Shown here piece by piece: positions 1 to 9,594 of a stretch of DNA of 64,000 nt. This DNA comes from Flectonema sp. DT1601 (lineage: Eukaryota): NCBI GenBank assembly GCA_964019425.1, contig OZ025784.1:372001-436000 (forward strand), given 5' to 3'. The notes under the pieces are model-generated. The model had not been told where the DNA came from. It saw only the letters and a list, made by a program, of their open reading frames with translations, and made no database searches. How positions within the stretch are numbered: the stretch's first letter is position 1; the number at the start of each line of letters is the position of its first letter. Made by a program: the position numbers and the translations under genes.

Positions 1-349
1 ACAACAACTGGAACAGAAACACCACCTGCTATTGGCTATTCTGATTTCGCTCCTTTTCTATCCTCTCCCTCTCTTCTCCCTTCCTGTACCTCCTCGCCTG
101 CCGTTCACCTGGGCTCCGGGTGGATTCTCCCATTTCCGCCCTCAGCACCTGCGGACTTGGGTTCCTCCTTTCCGGCCCGTCTTTGCCTTCCGGCCTCTCG
201 TGTGTCCCCTTCCCGTATTTGTCTTCACCAGCTTTGGAAGGGGGTCCGATTGGCCCTCCCGTCGCGTATCCATGTTCCGTCATGTGTGTTCTCATCCCCT
301 CTGGCATCTCCACCAGCGTCGTACGCCTCCCCATCAACTCCAGCACCTC

Positions 350-660
350 TCATGGAGGCGGCTGGTGGCGAAGATCTCAAAATTCCATTTAGGTAATTTG
401 CATGGGCATTCAGGTCCCAGGCTAGGAGCTGGGGCGGAGCGCTCTTCGCAGAGGTGTTCGAACTTTGAACTCGAACACCTTCAACAGGGCGTTCTTGGAT
501 TCGACGAGGATACCCTGGGTCAGCTGGTGTTACGGGGCGCCGACATGTTTGGGGGAGAGGCTGGGCTTGGAGGCGGATCCGTTGGGTCCCTTGCTGTTCT
601 CGTTGGCAACCAAGCCGGCGCTGCACAAGGTGTTCGAGGCGAAGCTGGGGTTGGCTGAGG
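350..660 (+). pseudogene. Degenerate reverse-transcriptase fragment of a CRE/SLACS-type non-LTR retrotransposon
   Basis: Across two frames: WRRLVAK ... PRLGAGAE ... NTFNR ... WVSWCYGAP ... ADPLGPLLFSLA. This matches the CRE-clade RT motif order (RRLVAK, QLGVG..GAE, NAFN, WCY, QGDPLGPLLF). Frameshifted and internally deleted. Confidence 0.7.
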
Positions 661-684
661 CCGGGCAAGTGCACAGACGCACAT

Positions 685-1335
685 GCTCGACTCAGCCCGC
701 AGGAGTTCGTCGACAGGAAGGTGGCGCAGTTGGGGAAGAAAGCGTAGAGAGGTGGCAGCCGGGGGCCAGGGAACCGACCGGGAGTCAGCCCACACAGGCC
801 TGTTCCAGTGCTGGAACGAGGCGAACTCGATGGTGTCAGGCTACGCGGCGGCGAGACACAGCAGGGGATAAACCCGCAAAGCCAAGGGAGGAGTGTTAAC
901 TGCTGCGAGGAAGCACGACACACTGGTCGACGAACCCGCAAACCCACCGCGTCGCCCCTGCCAACAGCGGCGCTACCTCCCGCGCGCCCGGAGTCAGCCC
1001 ACACAGGCCTGTTCCAGTGCTGGAACGAGGCGAACTCGATGGTGTCAGGCTACGCGGCGGCGAGACACAGCAGGGGATAAACCCGCAAAGCCAAGGGAGG
1101 AGTGTTAACTGCTGCGAGGAAGCACGACACACTGGTCGACGAACCCGCAAACCCACCGCGTCGCCCCTGCCAACAGCGGCGCTACCTCCCGCGCGCCCTC
1201 CGTTTCGCCCATTCCAGGAGGCTTGGGCTGTTCCCTGTTCACTCGCCGTTGCTGGGAGAATCGCTGTTGCTTTCTTTTCCTGTGCTGAGTGATATGCTTA
1301 AGTTCAGCACGTAGATCTTCAACTGCTGGGGTCAG
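685..1335 (-). rRNA. Orphan fragment of the 5' end of LSU (28S) rRNA (pseudogenic copy)
   Basis: Reverse complement of 1200-1335 reads GACCCC...GCTGAACTTAAGCATATCACTCAGCACAGGAAAAGAAAGCAACAGCGATTCTCCCAGCAACGGCGAGTGAACAGGGA, the conserved LSU 5' start. Further on, TGGAACAGG and GAGTCGAG resemble the D1-flanking motifs, so the extension below 1200 is tentative. Confidence 0.8.
781..1198. repeat. Perfect-looking 209-bp tandem duplication (781-989 / 990-1198)
   Basis: GGAGTCAGCCCACACAGG...CTACCTCCCGCGCGCCC occurs twice at a 209-nt offset. Confidence 0.95.
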
Positions 1336-1649
1336 TAAGAAATAAATTGCAACCGCATTGGCCTACCGTAAGATGAGTCCCACAAGACCGACCACGTGTG
1401 GTCGCTCAAAGGTCCGAGGGCCCTAACCTCATGTAAACATAAAAAGCCAGAGGATAAGGTTTGTAAGCGACACTCGGCAACTGATGGGATAGGCGAACCG
1501 CAAGTTGCGGGTTTTGCGGGTTTGCAAGTGTTCGACGACCTGATGAGTCTCATGCTTCTGCAATTCCCATTGAATATCGCGTCTAGCTGCCCGTTTGCCA
1601 GAATCCTCACCACCTCCGTGATCGAGGCTATCAGCCCGAAGGCCACGTT

Positions 1650-1770
1650 GAATTGCCCTTGCGGGTTTGCCCAACTTTCGAAGCAGAACAAGTCCCTTCC
1701 TCGTCTCATCCAATAGTTTAGCCACTTGTGCACCATATTTCAGGTCGTCAATATGGGCACCTAAGTACTA
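1650..1770 (-). pseudogene. LINE (ingi/I-like) RT C-terminal/thumb fragment
   Basis: Translates *YLGAHIDDLKYGAQVAKLLDETRKGLVLLRKLG, like the YLG..lD..L....hv..l..k....Lr.l motif of APE-type LINEs. Confidence 0.6.
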
Positions 1771-1869
1771 CACTCTCCCTCCATGGAAAAGTACTAATGC
1801 GATGGGATTCACATATTCAAGTAACAAGGAAGAGGCTGAACAGCGGAGAAACTGAACTACCAACTCACA

Positions 1870-2252
1870 GGGATGAAAGTCTACACTGACGGGTCGATGA
1901 GCAAAATACAAAACAACTGGGGACCTCATCCCATCGCATGTAGGGATTGATCCTCTCACGACATGGCTGATAAACTGGCTAAGGCAGCTTCTAAAGATTT
2001 GGATGGGAAGCCAATTAATTCAAAAATGGGCTACTTTGCACACAAGTCAAGGGTTGCTCGCGAAACCGGTAGGAAGCTATTTGGCAGGATGCTAGAAGCT
2101 GAGAGTGCGAGGCCCCCTGTCAAGCGTGTCATGCTGAGACAATTGTATACCTGGATGCCACCGGGGGTTACAAGGCTGCTCGTTACCCCTCCAACATGCT
2201 GAGGCCATCAGAAATTAGAATAGCTAGATTCAGGACTGGATCTCACTACTTA
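1870..2252 (+). pseudogene. LINE RNase H and C-terminal fragments
   Basis: GMKVYTDGS (1870-1897), IPSHVGI (~1928-1948), MADKLAKAAS (1963-) and IARFRTGSHYL (~2219-2252): RNase H motifs plus the RlRtGH motif of I/ingi-clade LINEs. Most of the intervening sequence is missing. Confidence 0.7.
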
Positions 2253-2609
2253 GAGATTAGCTACATCGCTAGTTGCTGAATTCAATCTTTCCATAAAGCA
2301 GCTCTCGAGGTATTTTACACGGGCTGTGATCCACAGCAAGGCAACCAACAGCGGACGAATCTTTTTTTTTTTTTTTTTTGAACCACAAGAACTGATTGAT
2401 AAAGTAACAGGAGGTGCTACACTTGCAAGAACACACGTACGTATTAAGGAAAAAGTAAGAAGTTTTAATTATACCATGACGGTATGAACAAGCTCATAGC
2501 ATCTTATTATCAACGTCATCAATGATTATTTCTCAATTTCATATATTGTTTTGTTTCGCGCACATGGATTGTTTTTCCAATTTAAAAAAAAAAGAAATTT
2601 TATTTTCGC

Positions 2610-4277
2610 TAAGGGGAAAACCCGGCTAACGCTACCCAGGGGGGGTGTAATCGAGGCCGTTTCGCGACGAATCTTGGGTGGGATGGCGTGGTTCGCTGTG
2701 TTTTTATTCATGAAATTCAAAACTAATAATCGAAATTTTACCACCTAACAAGAAGTTTCGTGTGCCTGTTGAAATTAATACAAGTTCGGCGTCCAATGAA
2801 GGTCTGATGATGATGGATTCTGTATCGGAGTCGTCATCTGACAGCAACACAGCAAAGGTATCAAAGTGGGGGGGCAAAACCAAGAGAATCCCCAGGAAAA
2901 AACGGAAAGGACCTACCCAGAGTGTGAGCGACTTTAATGAAATGAGCGAATTGAAGGCATCCAACTTATTTTCACTGATCATGTGCTTAAAATGATATTA
3001 CGACACACTCTTACCTACCCGATTGACAAAGAGACGTCCATGAAGTCACTAGAAGTTGGTGCTCCGTAATTTCCACACTGCTAACAAACACATTCCTGCT
3101 TCTTATGTTCATAGTCTTGTTAAACCCCATAATAATAAAGGGCATTGGGTGACGTTTGACAATTTTAATTCGTCATACGCATTTCTTGTTTTGATGTTAG
3201 CGAAAGGGTTCCACTGTGTTGGAACAGCCTGACGGAACAGAAAGGGAGTTCTGTTGATGTTACAAAACCGAAGGCTACCCCTGGACCGGACGACTAAGCA
3301 AATCGGAAGTGAAAGAAAGACCGAAGAATCTTACTGCTTCTTACCTTCAGTCAAGCACCTTATCCACCATATAAAGTGGAGAGACTCAAAGGATGTGCAT
3401 CTTTTCAGTACTCTTCCCTTACGTGAGCACCGTGTCGATGTATATCGCTGGATTAGGAAGAGAAATAAAAAAGAAAAAGTGCCGATCAAACTACCGTGCA
3501 AGTAGACAGGTACACCAAGACGATGGGAGGTGTTAACCTGATGGATAGCGTGAAGGCAAGGGCGAACAGAAACCTTCAAACTAAACGATGGCATCTAAAG
3601 GTTTTCGACTACTTGCTGAAAGTTTCGATGTTCAACACGTTTACCCTTCAAAGGAAATGCGGTAAGGATACTGGTACCTACACACGGTATGTAGAGGAGC
3701 TCGCTATGCAACTCGTCAGTGACGGGACGTCGAGAGACAAGACAACCAATACTACATCTACTATTGACCCGGGTTCGCACTTTTCACACATGTTCCGCAC
3801 CACTGAGCACTATCCATCAATATTTGGCACTGCTAAACAATGTAAGTATCACAATACTCGAGTGAGGACTACTTATGGATGCCAGGGGTGTAAGGTTTTT
3901 ATGTGTCCTGCACCCTGTTTTGGCAAATACCACTTAAATCTTACAAAGGGGAGAACATTTGCGTCCCAAACCACTACCTCTGTGTCGGGAGGTGCTATCC
4001 GGGAAGAATGTACTAAGGGGAAGACCCCCTGCACTCACAACAACATCAAAATTGAAGAGGCGCAGGGAGTCATAAGAACTGAGCTTATTTTTGTCTTTGG
4101 TGGTGTTTTCATTTGTTCTGTTCACCCTTTAGGTGGTGAATGTGTGTGTATTTTTAACGGGCAGGCAATGGCGGTTCACTTTGTCACATCACCTTTCCGA
4201 GCCCCCCTACCCCTTTTCCCCGTTAGCTCTTTTTTCAAAAAAAGTCCAAAAACCGGGTTTTACCCCCGCCCGTAGGG
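2610..4277 (+). mobile_element. Decayed piggyBac DNA transposon
   Basis: Transposase remnants LRNFHTAN, GHWVTFDNF, KWRDSKDVHLFST and YTKTMGGVNLMD, plus a Cys-rich tail CKYH..R.RTTYGCQGCKVFMCPAPCFGKYH. The right end is ...CCCGTAGGG|TTAA (4277|4278-4281). The left end is uncertain; only GGGGAAAACCCGG at ~2613-2625 partially mirrors the right terminus. Confidence 0.85.
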
Positions 4278-4779
4278 TTAAAGAAAAAAAAATAATTAAA
4301 AAAAAGAAGAGAAAACAAAACAACACGTAATTCACCTACTAAGATGAGTGTTGTAAGGTTTTTCTTTATTGCGGCACACAGGCAGTATCAAGATTTATAC
4401 CTGACTTAGTAAATGACACCAAACAGATAAGAAGTTTAACAGATTTAATCAGATAGCTTGATTTTCACGCGTGGGTGGGTTTTTATCGAGTGTTTACCTG
4501 TGTAAAAAATGTGTCGACTAGGCTGACAACCTACGGTGTCTTGTGTACAGACTTCGGCATCGGCTGTGGAAGAATGATTTTATAAGGCAGCTTATGACGG
4601 GTATTACTTATTCTGTTGAGGGATTTAGAAGTTGTATCCTTTTATTATGCTGAAATGAACGAAAAAACTGAGACAAACACAAAAATAAAAACAAAAAGCA
4701 GTCAAGCGATCTATTAGAATTGGATATTTTACAACGAAACGAATAAAAAGACTGCAACTAAAGCAACCTGTAGCTAGTT

Positions 4780-7338
4780 TTATTTCAGTTCATCTTTTAT
4801 TATACCATCGAGGACTCTCTTTAATTTGTTGGTAGTGACCAATGCTTGGGTTTTTCTTGCTAGACCTTGACAATCACAAGACCAATCGGCTGGTGGGGAA
4901 GGAGGTAAGCGAGTACTAGTTATCCAGGGAGGACGTGGAGAAGCCGGTGGAGATAATGTGCTGTTAGATGCAGCAGTACGGGACCCGTTGTTGTACGGAA
5001 CTCGGGATAATCGAAGATCAAATTTCAGGTTCTTAACAAGATCGTCAGATGGTAAAATTGTTGACTGATCCCACGTCCTCCTTTTGGCATTTTTTTTAGG
5101 AGGTGAGTTGCACAGAACAATCTTGTCTCTGATGTCACTAACAGCAGGTGTTTCGAGCATCAAAGATTCCATCGTGACTTCAGAAACACTTTCAGGTGGA
5201 TGCATTCCAGACACTACCGATTCCACCAGCTGTAGTTGTAAATTCTTGAGATCGTTGCTCTGCTCCAACAACTGACACTGTCGCTCGCTTTCGACTTGTG
5301 TGATGTCAATCGCTCCATCCGGTTTTCTACTTCGCAGCTCGGAAACCAAATTGACACGCTGCTGATCAATACCACTAATGGTGTCCAGACTCATCTTAGT
5401 TGGAAATCCTGTGCTACCAACGATGGTGCTGAGAATTTGTAGAATTTCATCTCCTGTTTGCAAACCAGGTTGCTGCTCGCTGCTGTCAGGTTCAAACTTT
5501 CTCGAAGTGGAAGAAAATGTCTCGCCAGGGACTCTTGATGTGCTTACCTGATGCTGTTCAGAAAACTGCGCTGCTATCGAAGGGTTTGAACTCTCCATTT
5601 GCGTCCTTGTCAACATCTGTGACGAGAATGGATATCTGTCTGGTTGGTGTTGATTCGTATTATGTTTATATCTTCCTGCTGCCACATCAATCTCTGCAGC
5701 ATGTTGAGGAGTTAGTTGCGTTCCCGCAACATCTTGCGTTTGGTTGACACACACGGCATTATTCGACTGTTGCTTTAGATCGTAAGCACCGCCAATGATA
5801 TTTAAATTAATGCGAGGAATGCTACCTGGTCTCTTGTAGCTGTGCGATGAGGATATGCTGCTGCTACTTGCAGAACTGGTAGTTGCACAGCTAACAGGAC
5901 TGGAAAACTCCGCACTAGCCTTCCGAACAGAACTTGGAAAACTGCCAACCTGAACTTCCTCAGTAAAAGTTACAGAAGAGCGTCTGGCGTTCAACGGGAT
6001 TATTTCTTGACTCCCCTGTAGTGGCAAGCCGTTCGGACTCACTCTATTTCCCAATTCCAAGTCACTAACAGTGTTATGAACCCTTCGGGTTAAGTTAGCA
6101 CTCTGGGGGCTTTCAGTATTCTTCTTGATGCAGGCCTTTGAAACCTTCCTGACGTCTTGGGGGCTCTTGAGATTTGGGGATGAAGCCTTCGAACTTTCGA
6201 ATCTAGGAGAGAGAGTGGGTGTACTTTTATTCGAACTCGTTGTTATTAATTTCCGAAAATCGATGTCATTTTGCTGTAGTCGAGGAGAGGGGCTTCCATC
6301 TCCCCCCATATGCCCTGATCGAGGGCTTATGCCTGATCGAGGGCTGAGGTGAGGGCTGTGATGTTTACCTCCATCTTGGTAAGATGAGCGCTCTGTCAAT
6401 ACTTGCTGAAAACTGATATCATCATTCACTAATTGGGATGGGTGGAGACTTATACTTTGCGGACTTCTGTTTTTGGTATTGCTGGGTGATCTTCTCGAAG
6501 GGGACAATGAATCCGTTGTCACAACTTTCTGAAAACTGATATCGTTCTGCGCCGACCTGGGGGAAAGATTCCCTTGTTTGAAGCTGATAGCGCTGCCAAC
6601 ATCAGTTGATGTCAGACGCTCTAGGTAGCTGTGCTGAGATTCTCCAGGTGCATAAGTAGTAGAAACCTGAACAAAGCTTATTCCCTGATTAAATTGACGT
6701 GGAGTCAACGTGTTGGTATTTACTTCACAAGTGGATAGCTGCTCGATGTTATTTGGGTTTCGAGGACTTCTTTGCACACTTGGAGAGTCATGTTGTGCGA
6801 GTTTCCCGCTCCATGGGGTAATTTGTATCTGCGGACCCCCAGTGCTCAAGTCACTAGTCCTTGCCAGACTAGGGCTTCTAGGTCTTGGTGACGGAACATG
6901 AACTATTTTCAGGTACTCGCGAGGAGATTGCTCAGAATAATTATCTGTGAGTGTGTTTTCCTTTAAAACTGAAGTCGACTGAGGGAACAGTGGATTGTCG
7001 TTGTTGTGTGCTGACTCTGTTTGTTTTGCCTGACTTGTCACCATCACTTTCTGCTCGTTATTCAACATCGATAATTTATTTATAGTTTCGCTAATGAAAG
7101 TTATGCTCTCTGAGGTTGGCACTGATCCAGTTGCCGTAACTTCATTATTACACACACCCCGATCCTGTACTGGACTACTCACCGGACTTGACTTCGTCAG
7201 CAAATCCGCAACACTTTGGAGCAGTTCGCTTCCGTCAGACTCGAGAGTTGTCAATTCCCTTATCGTACCAAATATCTTCTCTTGTTGTAATGCAAGAATG
7301 CGCTGCTTTTCTAACAACTCCTCCATGTTGTCATGCAT
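4780..7338 (-). CDS. 852-aa Ser/Pro-rich, largely disordered hypothetical protein with N-terminal coiled coil
   Basis: Long ORF with many SPR motifs and internal NDISFQ-type repeats; no recognisable catalytic domain. Confidence 0.8.
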   Translation of the reverse strand: MHDNMEELLEKQRILALQQEKIFGTIRELTTLESDGSELLQSVADLLTKSSPVSSPVQDRGVCNNEVTATGSVPTSESITFISETINKLSMLNNEQKVMVTSQAKQTESAHNNDNPLFPQSTSVLKENTLTDNYSEQSPREYLKIVHVPSPRPRSPSLARTSDLSTGGPQIQITPWSGKLAQHDSPSVQRSPRNPNNIEQLSTCEVNTNTLTPRQFNQGISFVQVSTTYAPGESQHSYLERLTSTDVGSAISFKQGNLSPRSAQNDISFQKVVTTDSLSPSRRSPSNTKNRSPQSISLHPSQLVNDDISFQQVLTERSSYQDGGKHHSPHLSPRSGISPRSGHMGGDGSPSPRLQQNDIDFRKLITTSSNKSTPTLSPRFESSKASSPNLKSPQDVRKVSKACIKKNTESPQSANLTRRVHNTVSDLELGNRVSPNGLPLQGSQEIIPLNARRSSVTFTEEVQVGSFPSSVRKASAEFSSPVSCATTSSASSSSISSSHSYKRPGSIPRINLNIIGGAYDLKQQSNNAVCVNQTQDVAGTQLTPQHAAEIDVAAGRYKHNTNQHQPDRYPFSSQMLTRTQMESSNPSIAAQFSEQHQVSTSRVPGETFSSTSRKFEPDSSEQQPGLQTGDEILQILSTIVGSTGFPTKMSLDTISGIDQQRVNLVSELRSRKPDGAIDITQVESERQCQLLEQSNDLKNLQLQLVESVVSGMHPPESVSEVTMESLMLETPAVSDIRDKIVLCNSPPKKNAKRRTWDQSTILPSDDLVKNLKFDLRLSRVPYNNGSRTAASNSTLSPPASPRPPWITSTRLPPSPPADWSCDCQGLARKTQALVTTNKLKRVLDGIIKDELK

Positions 7339-8118
7339 GGTACAGGGGAACTAAAACATAAAGCTAAGGATTATACTATACTCTGCCTGATTTAGTTTTC
7401 GTTATTACGTTCAACTTCTTTCCATATTGAAGTGAAAAATGACGGACGAGCCTAAAATAAAATAAATACATAAAACGGTGAACACAATGCTAGGGAAGTC
7501 TACAACACAAAACAATGGTAACCCATCTTCATTTTCTTTTCAAAAAAAAAAAAAAAACAAAAAAAGAAAAAAAACTAGAATCCTTTTTTCACATGCATTC
7601 TTACATCCCAATGTTTCTTTTCTTTTTTTTGAAAAAGGGGTTTACGGAGATTACGACTACGCGACATATTATTGTCACAGAAATGGAATGCCAACGAGGT
7701 AATTTTTACTAACTTACGAAATAGCAACTGTTGTCTTATCCAATGTGTTTGATCCCAATATGAGAAGACAACACAAACATAACAACACTTTCTCGCGAAT
7801 GTCGACAACTCTGAAAAAGAAAAAAAAAGAATTAGAAAAGACCAGGGAAGAGAAAAAAAAACAAACAAAACAAACTGTATTTTCTACAGTGGTACACCCC
7901 TTAAAGTCTGGAGTCCCAAACACTCCTGTAGTATTGCTCTTGAGAAGGCAATTAACCGCGTGAAGTTCTCATGTAAATCTAGACTCACATGAACTACGAT
8001 AGGATACAATAAATGGATTTCACGGATTGAATCTCGTTGTCTATTTTCATAGGTTGACAAGATTAAATATCCGAACAGTTATTTAAATTATTCACAGCTT
8101 GTTACGGATACCTTTTTA

Positions 8119-9332
8119 TTAATTCAACACACACGATTCGTATGTTGGTATCATGTACTTAATATTGATAAAGGCATCTTCTCCTCCGTGAATTTCAAGG
8201 AGCTGTTTGTTGTTTGTTTTTCTTTTCTTAAAAGAGATAATGTAAGTTGTCTCAGAATAGAAACCATTCAGAATAGCCTTATATTTCGTTGAAAGCAAGT
8301 CGCCAGGATCAACACCAGGCCACGAGTACCGTGCTGTCCACGGCCTGTTGGGTGCTAGTTGGAGCTGGTTCCGGCTCCAGCCGACAAGTGCAGCACAGTG
8401 TTTGGGTTGACTCCTGGCATAGTTTTTCGTTGAACGCAGACAGAATGCTGTCGCACGGGGGGAAAATAAATCATGACCATAAGAAATAACGGCTTTCATT
8501 CTGAATAGTTTCTTCTCCGACTACGTCGGCACAAAAATAAATTGCACACCTGTAACGTCTCTTCAATCAGATCTCCGAGATTTGTTCGCTTTCGTTGACT
8601 ATAATCTATCTCATCACCAGTGTTTCTGTTTTTTGATTTAAACAAATTGAATACTGGAAGAATCTGTCTGTAGTATGGTACCAAAGCTTCTCCAATAAGC
8701 TCACCTGACACTACGAGTTGTTGAAGGACTTTGAGCATCGTACAGATAATGTCAGGGTCTCTGGTATTCAATGCTGTCTTAATTGGGATTATCAATTGTG
8801 GAATTGTTGGTAAGATTTTAGAACCTCCCTTTTCAAGTAAATCAAAGCAACCTTGAACTGATAAGAATCTATATGGTTCTTCCTTCTCCCTAAGACCATC
8901 AAAGAATATTGGAAGGTAGTGGTGGTAATCTAACTTCTCGATGTCGACTTTCCAGTCAATCTTATTTCCATTTCCCTTGTGCTGAATAGCAATCGGAAGA
9001 TCTCCTCTGTCGTAGAATCTGCGAAATTCGGTTGCCGGTATAATTCGACGTTTGAATGCTCCTGATACTGGTGGTCTTGGCTTGTCTGGTTCCTTTCCCT
9101 TGTTTAGACTGCTGCAGTTGCCACCATTTCCACTTCCCTTTGGTCGATACGTTTGCAATACGGCAATCGGTTCCGCTGGTTTAGCAGGGGCCTGCACCTT
9201 CTTTGGTTTTTGAATCCATTCGCTCGGGTAATCTCCAAAGGGACTTCCCGCTGACTGCGGCAAATGCTTTCTTTTCGACGGGTCCCTGCGAGACCCGCGT
9301 AGATCGGGTGCGATAGTCGCAGCTAGCGCCAT
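8119..9332 (-). CDS. PACRG: Parkin co-regulated gene protein (axonemal); 2 exons 9332-8550 and 8202-8119
   Basis: [14 protein letters not shown]..., [36 protein letters not shown] intron at 8549-8203 joins ...LIEETLQ to the conserved tail [27 protein letters not shown]. Confidence 0.97.
8260..8529. repeat. Structured dispersed element, copy 1 (inside PACRG intron)
   Basis: Both ends match 25248-25573. Inverted repeat GAAACCATTCAGAAT / ATTCTGAATAGTTTC and terminal hairpin CCGAC-TAC-GTCGG. Confidence 0.85.
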
Positions 9333-9594
9333 ATGGGTGATCTAATCTGTGAAGAAATAAATGTTTTTATATGTGAATCAAACCACTCACCTACTTTATT
9401 AATATTTCATATTGAGATCTGATGAAGAAACTGAAGCTAATAAGTGAACAATATTCCGAATAGCTTACTGTTGCTATCCAACGTAATAAGAGTGCGATAA
9501 CTTAGTTAAGGCTAACTGATTTGACAAATTTCGAAACTGAAATATTTGCTTCGCGATTGAAGTTAAACAGAACTGATGATACAAAGCAACAGAG

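Noticed and set aside
29..1314. Many overlapping ORFs, including a 259-aa one
   Set aside because: By-products of GC-rich rRNA/TE sequence and the 209-bp duplication; only short RT motifs are meaningful.
8260..8529. Element as SRP RNA, RNase P/MRP or group II intron
   Set aside because: Only isolated short matches (GAAAGCC, GTGCG, CAGG..AGCA); the required helix order is not present.
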